From the human T2T-CHM13v2.0 reference genome, Homo sapiens, in the NCBI GenBank assembly GCA_009914755.4, contig CP086569.2, positions 23,904,001 to 23,968,000 of the forward strand: 64,000 nucleotides of DNA. The letters are read 5' to 3'. Positions 1-11,913 of this stretch are shown one piece after another. A program made the position numbers and the translations under genes. Positions within the stretch are counted from its first letter, which is position 1. Every line of letters begins with the position of its first letter. The notes below the pieces were generated by a model that was not told the DNA's origin, did not search any database, and saw nothing but the letters and a program-made list of their open reading frames with translations.

Positions 1-537
1 CCAGATGACAATTGTCTGTGTTTAACAAAACATCCAGAGTAGTTACAGTCAGAAAGATGATTGACAAAAATTTTGGTTATGTCTATGGTTTGCAATAACT
101 TAACATAACAGCATTAATTGTGGTTGACAGCATATATGTCAGACATTAGAATTTTAGAAATTCCATACAATTTAGGAACATGTATTAGTATTATTCATGA
201 AAATGCCATCTAAAGAATATTGAAAACCATTTTTGGGATTCCTTGTAACTAAACACGTTGTATGATCCTGTATAAAGCTCTCGTGGATACTCCAGGCACC
301 CTCTTTAGCATTCAAAAACCAGGAATTAGGAAAGACCATTTTGTAATCAAAGTTTGATTTTGAGAAGGATATTACATGTTAGGAGTTTGAAATGCTTGAT
401 GTTATAAAATAAAATTCCAGATTACCATAAATTATTTATTTAACGAAAATAATGACCTATAAATAAAAAAGCAGAAACTTTTACATTATTTAAAAATTTT
501 CCTTCAGAGCAGATTAGTGCCTTAAGAGTACTTTTTG

Positions 538-598
538 TGCTTTCATTTCAATGCTCAATTTACAAAAAAACAAAAAACAAAAACAAAAAAACATATAA
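538..598. repeat. A-rich simple repeat (CAAAA/CAAAAA)n
   Basis: Direct reading: caaaaaaacaaaaaacaaaaacaaaaaaa tract. Confidence 0.8.
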
Positions 599-2335
599 TA
601 TCCTCTTGAATTTAATTGATATTCACACACAGAATTTCTTGGAAAGATTTATTTTTACAATTCTTCCATAACTTGTTTGAACTTTCAGCTTTATCATCTG
701 TAATTCAAAACGGTTGTTTGATCCTAGGCAAGAATTTATATTTGCATGCCTTCTTATAATGTTGTATTAAAAACACATTTTACCGTCCTTACACACCTTG
801 TCTGGAAATGTACTTCCAGTGGTTTCAATTACATATTATCACGGTAAATTTTAGCAATTTTAACTTTAATGTAAAGCCAGGTAAATTGTCCTAATTATGT
901 GCTAGGAGCAGCCATAATTAAGGGTGTGTTTAGTTCCATTTTTCCTCAGGCTTGACCAATTGTGAAGCAAAGTTGAACTGTTTTCAAAAACCAAAAAAGC
1001 AGTTATAACCTTAAAACATTCAGCAAACCTAGTATCTGACCTGCATAATTTAGTCCACCTACTCACATATTGATGACATTTGTGTTTTACTGATAATCTT
1101 AAGGCTGTTTTTATTTCTCAAGCATTAAAGTCATGTGAACTAAAACATACACATCTTTCATCTTTCCTTCAAAAATATTTGATCCAAGTGCTTATCATTT
1201 TTTCAGTAAATTTATTGGAGCTCTTTTACACACATACAGGCAGAAGAAAAACCCAGTACCTATAAGATTTTAAATCTGCCAATTTCCTGATTGAATTACT
1301 GGCCTCTCATGCATCCATTTTTTTCTTTGCTTGTGTCCCCTTCCTTGACATTTCCATGGCTCCACCTCCTTTTCCCAGTGCGCGTGTGGGCATTACTCAG
1401 AGAGAAACAGTCAGGAAAGGGCCGATTTTATCTGAAATCAGCAGTTCAATTTATCAGCCTTTAGGCTGTTTTAGGCTTAAAAGTGGAGTTTTGGCCAGGA
1501 CTCTTGACTGTCTCCTGTCTCTATTACTCAAAATGAGAAAAGGTCCCTTGGCTATCTCTGGTCTCTATCACTTTACATGAAAAAAGAACAGTTTATTTAA
1601 CAAATGAGGTAGAGAATACTGAATACTCAAACAAAAAAACAATTTTTGAACCTTACCACAAGGATGAACTTAAAATGAAACAGGACTTATTTTTATAGCT
1701 GTTGTAAATAATTTTTTTCTTGAACTTTTCTTTCAGATGGCTCATTCTTGGCATGTAAACATGCTCCTAATTTTGTATGTGAATTTGATATAACGCCACT
1801 TTACTGAATTTCTTTATTAATTCTCAAGATTCTTAGTGTACTATTTAGTTCTGCTATATAAAAAATTGTATGATCTGTGATCAGAGACAATCTGAATTTC
1901 TCCTTTTTCATTTGGATGTCTTTTATTTCTTTCTCTTGCAAAATGATCAGGCTGAGAATTCCAGTACTCTGTTGAATGAAAGTGGTAAAAGTAGACATCA
2001 TTGTCTTGTTCCAGATCTCAAAAGAAAAACTTTCCTATTTTCCTGTTCAGTGTGATATCAGCTAATGAATTTCATATTTTGCCTTAATTGTATTCAGGTA
2101 GATACCATCTATACCTAATTTCTTCTGTTGTTTTAATCACAAAGGCATGTTAGATTTTTCCAAATACTTTTTTTGCATCTAGAATAAAAAATAAAGGTGC
2201 CTAGCAGTAAAACTAATTAAGAAATAAACACTGTCTACACTGTAAATCATAAAACACTTATAAAGAAAGTAAGACATGAAAAGTTTGAGAGATATTTTTG
2301 CTCATTAGTTATAAAACATATTGTTAAAATGGCTT

Positions 2336-3236
2336 TGCCACTCAAGGGCATCTACAGATTCAATGCAAACTCTATAAAATACCAAATGACATTTTTTTCA
2401 CAGAAATGGAAAAAACAGGCCAAAAATTCATAGAAAACAAAAGAAAACCTCTCCAAATAGCCAAAGTAATCCTATGAAAAAAGAACAACCTGAAAGCATC
2501 AAAGCACCTGACTTTAAAATATCCTACAAAGCTACAACAAGCAAAAGAGCATGACACTGGCATAGAAAACAGACACATAGACCAAAGTATGCAGCGATCC
2601 CAATAGTAAATTCAGAAACCTAGGGCCAAGTAATTTTTAAGCTGTTTGGAATATGCACTTAAGAAACGACAATCTTTTCAATGAATGGTGCTAGGAAAAT
2701 TGATTATTTAAATGAATATAACTAGATGTCAACTGGTTACCTACCATATTAAAACAACTTAATTATATATAATTAGAAGACTTAAAGGTACAACTCAATC
2801 TTAAAAACTATTTGAATAAAACATAGGGAAATGATTTACAAAATAGGACAGGAAGAAAATGTAAATAAGAACTCAAAAGCATAGGCAACAAAAGCAAAAG
2901 CAGGCAAGTGAATTTAACAGAATCTAAAAAATATCACATAGCAAAAATAAATTAATAGAGTAGAGACAACTTACAGTGTGGGAGGATATATTTGCAAAAT
3001 ATACATACGACAAGGGATAATCACACAAAATATATAACAAACACAAAAGCAAAAATAACCAGAATTTAGTAATACATGAGAGACCTTAAGTGAAATTTCT
3101 CCAAGGAAGACATACAAATGGCCAAGTACCTGCAAAGATGGTCAACACTATTAATTATTAGAAAAATGCAAATTAAAGCCACAATAAGATACCAGATTAC
3201 TCCAGTTCAGATGGATATAATCAGAAATAATACGTT
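2336..3236 (+). mobile_element. LINE-1 fragment (old L1M/L1PB-like), ORF2 C-terminal region into the 3' UTR, truncated at its 3' side by the tandem array
   Basis: The plus-strand translation contains LINE-1 ORF2 C-terminal motifs (LFNKWCWENW-like: ...[37 protein letters not shown]-like: MAKYLQRWSTLLIIRKMQIKATIRYQITPVQMDII). The frame is broken by stops. Confidence 0.75.
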
Positions 3237-4990
3237 AATACGTTCCTGCCACTTTCAACAGGAGGCATTGTGACATATCTCTGGGCCTATTATTTAGGTG
3301 ATATGACTCTCCTCTTCTGCCTGGAAACTGCCTACAAGGGCCATTGTGCCACAGAGTTAGGCGTAGCCCCAAAGTTATGTGACATTTCTGCCAGGAACTT
3401 GCCTGAAAAGAGAATATTGGAATATTTCTGCCTCGGCATTTAGGTTATATGGCTGTCATGCCTGTTTCATTACCACAGAGTAAATTTTGACATATGCCTT
3501 GGCACAGCTCACAGGCATCATAATGACTCTGATATGCGGACCCCAGAAACAGGAGTTAATTTGACTTTTGTAACTTGCTCTAGAAACACGAGTGATGTCT
3601 TGGATCTCTTTCTGGTAAAAAGGCCACAGAAGATTATAACAGCCTCAGATATTTTATAAAGCCCATGACTTGTACAGAGAGTGTCTTAACAAAACCCAGA
3701 AGGATGAAATTGTAAGTTTCACATGCACACCCACCTTAAAGTAAGGACTGTCAGATCTCACATTGTCACTCATGAAAACAGGACATGTGTGGTATTATAA
3801 ATCTCATCTCTGGTATGTTCTACCAGTGTGAATGTGATACAAATATTTGCAAGCATCTGTGTGATTTGACCCTCTAGATTGGTTTCAGCCCACATAAGGG
3901 ATTGTGATCTCTACCTGGGCCAACTTCTAGATGATATGACTCTCCTCCCTTGGATGTCCTCTCAGGATTGTGACATATCACTGGATGTAAAACCCAGGTG
4001 ATGTTACAGCTTCTAGAGGATGTGACCATCCTGCCTTTGCCATTCTCTAAGGATTGTGAAATATTACCAGATCTAACACCCAGATGATGTTACATTCTTG
4101 CCTGCGCCATTTCCGCAGACATCATTGTAACATATCACTGTGTCCACCACTTAGGAAATGTAACTCTCCTCTCTGGAAAGGACCCTGAACACAGCAGGTG
4201 GTAGTAACATATTGCTAGGCCCAGGCACACAAGTGACGGTACTCTTTTGCCAGGGCTGTGTTTTAAACAGGGCATTGTGACATATCTTTGGGCATATTAC
4301 CGAGGTGATGTGACTCAAAGCTTGGGCCTCACCCACGTAAGGCACTGTGACATAAAAGTTGAACCTACACCAAGGTGATGTAACTCTTTCACCTTGATTC
4401 TATCCTAAGGGAGCCTTGCAACATATCTCAGGACCCAACACCCGGGTGATGTGGTTCTTCTGCTTGGTTTCTGTCTATGTCTTATACTGTGACGTATACC
4501 TAAAGAAGAACCTAGGTGATAAGACTCTCCTTTTCTGCCTGAGTCCTGCCTAATGGGGACACTGGGACATATCTCTGAGGCCATAACCTAACTGACATGA
4601 CTCTCTTTCCCTGCCTGGGCCTTTCAAATGGTGGAATTGTGACATATTGCTGAGCACAGCATTTAGGTCATGTGACTCTCCTGTTTTTATCTGAACCGTG
4701 CCCACAAAGAAAAATTTTGACGATTTGCACACAGAGGATGTTACACTTCTGCTACGACACTGAATAAAGAGGGAATTATTGCATACTGGTGGGCCCAGCA
4801 GCCTGATGATGCTACTGTCCTGCCTGTGCCAGAGCCACAGAGGGTATTTTGACATATCTTCGTCCCATTCTGTAGGTGTTTTAGCTCTTATCCCTTGGCT
4901 AACTTTTTCTACATGTGGAATTGAGTGATACTGCTGGACGCAGCACCCAGTTAATGGCCATTTGGCCACCTTCAAACCACACTGAGACGG
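3237..4990. repeat. Unclassified degenerate tandem repeat array, unit about 65-85 bp (mean about 72 bp), about 24 units
   Basis: A recurring unit of the form (c/g)ATTGTGACATATCtctgggcc...TAGGTGATgTGACTCTCCTcttctGCCTGg. Anchor copies of the ATTGTGACATATC-like core occur near 3267, 3340, 3899, 3965, 4051, 4128, 4212, 4274, 4340, 4415, 4483, 4558, 4634, 4718, 4783, 4846 and 4915. Copies are roughly 70-85% similar. Confidence 0.7.
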
Positions 4991-5589
4991 AAGCTCGGCT
5001 TTTGTGCAGTCCAGCAGTACAGAGAAACAGCAACCCAAAGTGTTGGGTTGGGGTTGCTTCTTCCCAGAGACCAAAGCATACCACCTCCTCCGCTATCCTA
5101 GTGTGGGAAGGAGGGTCAGGATGCACATGCATCAAGCACCCAGTGCCCAGCAATCACTACCACAGGCAGCAGGGAGATGAGGCAGAAAGGGTGAGGAAAG
5201 TAGCAGTTGGAATGTGTGTGTGCAGAAAAGCTACTAACCCTCTTATTTCAGCCACAGTTAGCTCACTGCAAGCAACAGAAATCCACTCTGGGAAACCTAA
5301 GCCAAAAGGAAGATAAACTGAAGAACCAGAAGACAGAAAGGGAAGAAGGGGGATGGTGGCAGAAGGTACTTTGTGGGAGAGATGGATCTTTCTCAAACCT
5401 TTTATCCCTGCCTGTTATTTAATCATGATTGGGTTCTTTGGGAAGAGGGTACGGCTGGCCAGGGGAGAGCAGGATACCGTGAGTGGTAGCTTCCAGGCAT
5501 CTGTCTACCAACACAGGGGAAGGAAGCACGTCCCTCAAAGAAAGCCAGGATGCTGGCACCAGAAAAAGGGCGAAGGATGCTGAGCATGG

Positions 5590-5725
5590 GGAGGACAGAG
5601 ATGTCTCTTCTCTCTTTGGGACTGTATCTTGTCACCTGTAAAATGGGGGAAAACTGTGGCTACATTGTGAAAATTTAATGAGATAAAACAGCACAGTGTG
5701 GCTTATGGGAAGTCCCTAATATATA
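5590..5725 (+). mobile_element. MIR SINE fragment
   Basis: The core ...cacctgtaaaatgggggaaaactgtggctacattgtgaaaatttaatgagataaaacagcacagtgtg... resembles the MIR consensus (ctgtaaaatggg...attaaatgagataat...agcacagtgcctggc). Confidence 0.45.
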
Positions 5726-7084
5726 ATAATTTTAAATAATTGTAGCTAAATAATTTTAGCTTATCATCTTAATTTTTGATTCAGCTCTCTCTGAATTTTA
5801 CATCCTAGCACAGATCAATGATCTTGCAACTCCAACCACACCATTTTGCAATTCTGAACCTCTACCTAGAGAAAGCAGTGGATCTTTATACATTCGACAC
5901 AGCCCTTCCCTCTAGAGTAATAAAAAATAAACCTAGTTTTGCATAAGTCTTTTTCTGTAGGCTGGGTCTCTGGAGTAAGTGAACCCCATGGCCAATCCAT
6001 CTGAAGTCAAGGTTAATAGGGCCGTGATACTAAAGATGTGGTATTAAAGATCTCCTTCTGGTACCGCATTCTTTATGATGCATGGCCAATTACCCACTAA
6101 GGAAGATACTGCAGCCGTAGCAATTTTATCCCAAAAGCATGTCATTTTATTTTTATTCCCACTGACAAGCACATACCTCTTTAAATAAAAAAAAAAAGAA
6201 AACGAAAGTGACTATTGCTCAAACTTACATTTTGCCCACACATTTTTCAACTCTTGGGATTGTATATTCCAGTCCGGATATGGGCACTAACCAAGCCTTT
6301 CCTGATGGATGGGCTTGGCTGTTTTCTCCATGGTTTCTTGGCTCAAATTTTTGGCAAATTACATGTTTTTGCTTAGTTTTTGGGCAAAACTAGATGTTTC
6401 TGTGGCTTTGCAGTTTTTCTCCACCAAAAGCATGAAATTTGACCAATTATTTACTGATAGAGTTATGGAAAGATGAAGCTGTGGCAGATTTCAAGTTTCA
6501 AAATCCATCTCTGGTTAATTTGTTTGAAATAATTGACTATAGGATATGGTAGATATCAATTATATGACAAACCTTTTAGGTTTTGTTTAATGTTAAAAAT
6601 AAAGTGATAATGCTGGCCTTAGCATATTAATTAATGACTTTCGTTTTCATCCTAAGAACAATGGGAGCACATTAATCTTTGGCAGAAGATAAAGTGACCA
6701 GATTTGTGTTTTAACAGGTCTCTGTAGCTATTGAAAATGGACTGGAGAAGACGAATTGGAGTGAGAAGAGAGTGACAGAATCAGATAAAAATGTGCCATG
6801 TTACTATGAGCAGGAGATGAGGCAGCCTCAACCAATATGGTGCAGAGAGAAGAAAATCACTTGAGAGAATGGATTAAACTGGGTGGTTAGCAAAGAGAAC
6901 TGAATCGAAAATTATGATAGTAAGCTAAATAATTTTACACACAAAAAGGCAGAGTTGCATTCACAATTAGTCTCTTCAGACTGAATATTACAGCCAAATT
7001 ATAACAATTGGTGTTGCAATCACTTCCCTTGGGTTTGTATCCAAGGTTAAGAATGTCAGCATCCAGAGGTCCAAATTCTTCTTC

Positions 7085-7103
7085 TTTTTTTTTTTTTTTT
7101 TTT
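7085..7103. repeat. poly(T) tract
   Basis: Direct reading. Confidence 0.9.
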
Positions 7104-8465
7104 GAGAGGCCCAGAGGCCCAAATTCTTAATGTTTTTAGATGATAAAGTTTATTCAAGGTAGACTGTCTGTGTTGAATAATTTAGCCTCTTACAAATTTC
7201 AAGAAAAAATCTATTGTCCCTCTTCTCCACCACAGACACACTTTAATTGAACATTAAGCATATTTATTAAAGAAACATTCTCTTTTGCTTTTTCTCCCAA
7301 GAGAGATGGTGTTCTTACTCAGAGTTATAAGTGTCAGAATAAAGAATGCCCATGAGGTTGAATTGTATGATGCTACGGTAAAGTGAAATAAACATTCTCA
7401 AAAACATGATTATGACTTACAAACAAACAAACAAAAACCAACAAACAACTTTCTGTCGAGGAATTACGCTTTTGGGACAGAAACTTTCCTTTAAATTTGA
7501 ACAGCTGCATGCCGACAAAGAATATGAAAAAGGCACAACACACCGATTATGAAAACATGACTACACTTTAAGAGAACACAGAATTTTTCAGATCCATCTT
7601 AAATCTCAGGAGTTCTAGACCGAGACAGGAATGAGTGCTCTTGTTGCTAAAATCACTCTGATGTGCTTCTTGTTAAACAATTCACTCAGCAACATTACAG
7701 ATTAGCACACACACACAAAAATTGTTTGTAGGTGAAAAATTGTTTGGAAAAGGACACCTTATTAGCCATGTTATCTACTTACAAATAAAAGCCGATTTTT
7801 GGCTCTCCTGAATGAAAAGAAGGGTAATTGGAGGATATCTGGGGCTTACTAACTTGATTTTAGGCCAGGGGTGTCCCAGAATCAGGGAGCTCCTGAAGAG
7901 GGGCCTTGTCATAGGAACTACCTGATCTGAGCTTCTCCTCAGTCCGAGATGTACCAAGGCCACTGCTTGCCCCGTGTTTACAGGATTCAGAGTCTTCAGG
8001 GAAAGTTGAGCCCAAGTGGTAGAGTCTTCTTCCCCAGCTGTGTTCTCACCTCCCAAAGCCCCACACAATGGAAAATCCCTCAAGAGGAGGCAGTCACAGA
8101 GAGAAGTGGAGGCCAGGTGGCCTCCAAATGATCAATGTCATACAGGGCTCCTGTCTGCTCTACGGCCACCTCTCAAGTTGTTCTTTCCTAGGTTCCTTCT
8201 TAAATTTGATAGATTTATCCAAAACAGGTATGAATTCAGATCCTACCAATTTAATATTGCAAGAACTCACCCAGGGGAAGGAATAGAGCTTAACAGTAAT
8301 GTTGAAAAAGAAAAAGGAAATTTTTAATAAACAAAAGGTATCAATAAAATGGAGGACTCTTTATCTACTTAATTAACTGTTTGGTGACCCTGATGAATTT
8401 AATGATACTCAAACCACCTAAGTAAGTGAGCTACTGGGACTGAAATTTTGGCTCTCTCTCTCTCT

Positions 8466-8757
8466 TTCTTTTTTTTAGAGAGGGTCTTGCTCTGTCATCC
8501 AGGCTGGAGTGCAGTGACATGATCAAATCTCACTGCAGCCTCCAAATCTCAGGCTCCAGCAATCCTCTCATCTCAGCCTCTCAGATAGTCAGGACTACAG
8601 GTACATGCCACCATATCTGGCAATTTTTTAATTTTTATTTTTTGTAGAGACAGGGGCTCACTGTGTTGCCCTGGCTCAAACTTCTAGCCTCAAGTTATCT
8701 TTCCATCACAGTCACCCATAGTACTGGGATTACTGGCACGATCCCCTGTGCCTGGCC
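8466..8757 (-). mobile_element. Alu SINE (AluS-like), minus orientation
   Basis: T-run then agagagggtcttgctctgtcatccaggctggagtgcagtg...ctgggattactggcacg..cctggcc, which is the reverse complement of the Alu consensus. Most CpGs are decayed. Confidence 0.85.
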
Positions 8758-9011
8758 TTTCTTTGTTAAAATTCGCCTCTAAGTGGCAGCCCTTGAAATG
8801 TATTTCTAAACTGCTGTGAACAATTAAGTTTGATTTTTTTAAAAAAGTAAGAAGAAACCCGATTATTCAGACCTTGCACTAATTCAGGCTTTCCTTCCTA
8901 CCAACCAGCCCCTTTTAAGATGGTCTCATGAGTTATTAGCATCTTCATCAATGTGTCAACAAGAATGACTACCTACATCTGCACAACAGTTTTCAAGATA
9001 TTTCCATGGTT

Positions 9012-10577
9012 ATTATTCTCTTATCTGGCCCCACCCACATCCTGCTGATTGGTCCATTTTAGAGAGAGCCGATTGGTCTGTTTTACAGAGCGCTGAATGG
9101 TCTGTTTTGACAGGGTGCTGACTGGTGCATTTACAATCCCTGAGCTAGACAAAGAGGTTCTCCACATCCCCACTAGATTAGCTACATAGAGAGTGTCGAT
9201 TGGTGTATTTACAAATCCTGAGCTAGACACAGAGTGCTGATTGGTGCATTTACAAACCTTGAGCTAGATACAGGGAGCCAACTGGTGCATTCACAATCCC
9301 TTAGCTAGACATAAAGATTCCCCAAGTCCCCACCAGATTAGCTAGACACAGAGCTCTGATTGCTACACTTACAAACCTTTAGCTAGACACAGAGTGCTGA
9401 CTGGTGCATTCACAATCCCTTAGCTTGACATAAAGGTTCTCCAAGTCCCCACTAGATTAGCTAGATACAGAGTGCCAATTGGTGCATCCACTAACCCTGA
9501 GCTAGACACAGTGTGCTGATTGGTGTGTTTACAAACCTTGAGCTAGATACAGAGTGCTGATTGGTGTATTCACAATCCCTTAGCTAGACATAAAGATTCT
9601 CCAAGTCCCCACCAGATTAGCCAGATACAGAGTGCCGGTTGGTACATCCACAAATCCTGAGCTAGACAGAGGGTGCTGATTGGTGTGTTCACAAACCTTG
9701 AGCTAGATACAGAGTGCTGATTGGTGTATTCACAATCCCTTAGCTAGACATAAAGACTCTCCAAGTCCCCACCAGATTAGCTAGATACAGAGTGCCGGTT
9801 GGTGCATCCACAAACCCTGAGCTAGACACAGGGCGCTGATTGGTGTGTTCACAAACCTTGAGCTAGACACAGCGTGCTGATTGGTGCACTCACAATCCCT
9901 TAGCTAGACACAGAGGTTCTCCAAGTCCCCACTAGACTCAGGAGCCCAGCTGGCCTCACCCAGTGGATCTTATACCAGGGCCACAGGTGGAGCTGCCCGC
10001 CAGTCACTCACCGTGCGCCTGCACTCCTCAGCCCTTGGGCGGCCGATGGGACCAGGCACCATGGAGTAGGGGGTGGCGCTCGTCCAGGAGGCTCAGGCCA
10101 TGCAGGAGCCCATGGCGGTTGGGGGAGACTCAGGCATGGTGGGCTGCAGGTCCCAAGCCCTGCCCCGTGGGGAGGCAGCTAAGGCCGGGTGAGAAATCCA
10201 GCACAGCGCTGGTGGGTCAGCACTGCTGGGGGACCCGGCACACCCTCTGCAGCTGCTGGCCTGGGTACTAAGTCCCTCACTGCCTGGGGCTGGCAGGGCT
10301 GGCCGGCCACTGCAAGTGCAGGGATCAGCAAGCCCACACCCACCCAGAACTCTAGCTGGCCCACAAGCACTGCACGCAGCCCTGGCTCCCACCCCTGCCT
10401 CTCCCTCCACACCTCCCCGCAAGCTGAGGGAGCTGGCTCCGGCCTCGGCCAGCCCACACAAGGGCTCCCATGGTGCAGTGGAAGGCTGAAGGGCTCCTCA
10501 AGCATGGCCAGAATGGGCGCTGAGGCTGAGGAGGCACCGAGAGTGAGCCAGGGCTGTCAGCATGCTGTCACCTCTCA
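9012..10577 (-). mobile_element. LTR12 (ERV9 LTR), the 3' LTR of the provirus. It lacks about 420 bp of R-U5, including the AATAAA and the terminal ...CCGGACACA.
   Basis: Homology to the other LTR starts at ttattctcttatctggccccacccacatcctgctgattggtcc (compare 16606-16660). The minus-strand 5' end is TGAGAGGTGACAGC at 10577, preceded by the purine-rich ctgccaggggggat. The segment matching 16176-16605 of the other LTR is absent, and 8758-9011 is unique non-LTR DNA. Confidence 0.85.
9030..9900 (-). promoter_or_regulatory. ERV9 U3 enhancer-type tandem repeats (about 40-bp units, about 20 units) carrying CCAAT boxes (gctgattgg on the plus strand) and GATA-like motifs
   Basis: Repeating tgagctagacacagagtgctgattggtgcatttacaaacct / ...tcacaatcccttagctagacataaag... 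units. A hand count gives about 11 intact ATTGG/CCAAT copies. The ERV9 U3 repeats are an established NF-Y/GATA-binding enhancer. Confidence 0.6.
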
Positions 10578-10993
10578 ATCCCCCCTGGCAGTTTTGGAGA
10601 GTCACTGCTGCCAAAGAGTCTATTTGGGATTATAAAGTAAGAACAGATTTCGCTATTTCTTGCAAACTGTCTGAGATATCCTTGGAGAGTGTGTGGTAGT
10701 AGGATAATGAAGTAGATAAACCACATATTCTGGTTCCTGTAGCCATAGCCATTCCTAACCCTTTAAGGAGGGGTATTAGTTGTATGGCTCTGCACTGACA
10801 GACTTGAGCTTTGAGGGGTACTGATAAGGTCTGATTTCCTGGGGCAATGATAATGTTGGGACTTAGACTAAGGTGCAGGTGCCTGTCAAGTTAGTGGGGA
10901 GGCAGATACAGGTCGTTGTTCCACATAAGAAGAATCTGCCTTGTCTGGGTAGACAGAACTTAACCCTGGCTTTTAAAGGAATAGTGTACACTG

Positions 10994-11205
10994 TTTTTTT
11001 TTCTTTACTATTTCTTTCTCTCTCTTTCTCTCTTCAACTCCTTCTTTGTCTCTTCCTCTCTTTTTAACTCTCTCTTTGACTTTCTGTGTCTGTCCCTCTT
11101 TCTCTCTGACTCCTTCTCTTTGTCCCTCTGTTCCTTCCTCTCTCTCTCTCTTTCTCTGACTTTCTTTTTCTCTCCTTCTTGCTGGTCTTTCCCTACCTCT
11201 GCCAG
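10994..11205. repeat. CT-rich (polypyrimidine on plus) low-complexity tract inside the provirus, where IN/env would be expected
   Basis: Direct reading: tttctttctctctctttctctcttcaactccttctttgtctcttcctctc... Confidence 0.8.
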
Positions 11206-11271
11206 TCACTCATGCTGCTGTTCTCCCCTCTTCTTCCCATTTTGATGGCTTTGGCAGTGTAAGAGTGCCAC

Positions 11272-11574
11272 CTACTTGTGTTTTTGCATTGCATGCAATA
11301 ATTCTATAATTTCCTTGTGGCATTTAACAGGGGTTCCCCCAGAGGTTAGGAACTCCCTCTCTTTCCATATTGCAGCATGGGCATGTAGGATTAGATAAGC
11401 ATATTTGCTATCTGTATACACATTTATTCTTTTTCCCTTTCCCAGTTCTAAGGCTCGGGTAAGTGCCACTAGTGCTGCTAACTGGGCACTGGTCCCTGGG
11501 GGAAGAGGCTTACTTTCAAGTATGGATACATCACTAACTATGGCATAACCTGCCCTTCGTATCCCATTCTCCAT
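11272..11574 (-). pseudogene. HERV9 pol remnant: RNase H domain
   Basis: The minus ORF reads ...LPPGTSAQLAALVALTRALELGKGKRINVYTDSKYAYLILHAHAAIWKEREFLTSGGTPVKCHKEIIELL. It is collinear with MLV RNase H ([38 protein letters not shown]...[20 protein letters not shown]). Confidence 0.8.
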
Positions 11575-11640
11575 AAATGAACTTCCGTCGGTATATAGGT
11601 TAAGGTCAGGATTAGTTAAAGGGACTTCTAAGAGATCATC

Positions 11641-11913
11641 TCAGGCGGCAAAAGTCTGGACTATAATTTGTTGGCAGTCATGCTCGATTGGTTCCCCATC
11701 CTCTGGGAGAAAAGTGGCAGGGTTGAGGGCCATGCACATGAGTATTTGAAGCGCCAGTCCCTCAAGGAGTAGCACCTGGTATCTAAGTAGGTGGTTGTCT
11801 GATAGCCACAAACTTCCTTTGGCACCTAGTATGCCATTTACATCATGAGTAGTCCAGACAGTGAGATCCTTTCCTTGTATTATTTTGATAGCCTCTGACA
11901 CTAAGACGGCCAC
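11641..11913 (-). pseudogene. HERV9 pol remnant: RT connection/tether region
   Basis: The minus ORF reads ...HLLRYQVLLLEGLALQILMCMALNPATFLPEDGEPIEHDCQQII. It resembles MLV ...[38 protein letters not shown]..IL. Confidence 0.7.

Noticed and set aside
4550-5316. ORFs of 174 aa (minus) and 133 aa (plus)
   Set aside because: They overlap the 72-bp tandem array and its flank. The periodic sequence simply lacks stops in one frame, and the reciprocal strands both give ORFs. This is an artefact.
6200-6420. Internal direct repeats tttggcaaattacatgtttttgc / ttgggcaaaactagatgtttctg that might indicate a hAT or MER DNA-transposon fragment
   Set aside because: The similarity is weak and there are no clear terminal inverted repeats or TSD. 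I cannot assign a family confidently.
9030-9900. A regularly spaced array of about 40-bp direct repeats that superficially looks like a CRISPR repeat-spacer array. The same pattern occurs at 16650-17235.
   Set aside because: The units are contiguous tandem repeats with no unique spacers. They are the well-known ERV9/LTR12 U3 enhancer repeats, embedded in an LTR with PBS and gag-pol context. The host is a primate genome. I do not call a CRISPR array.
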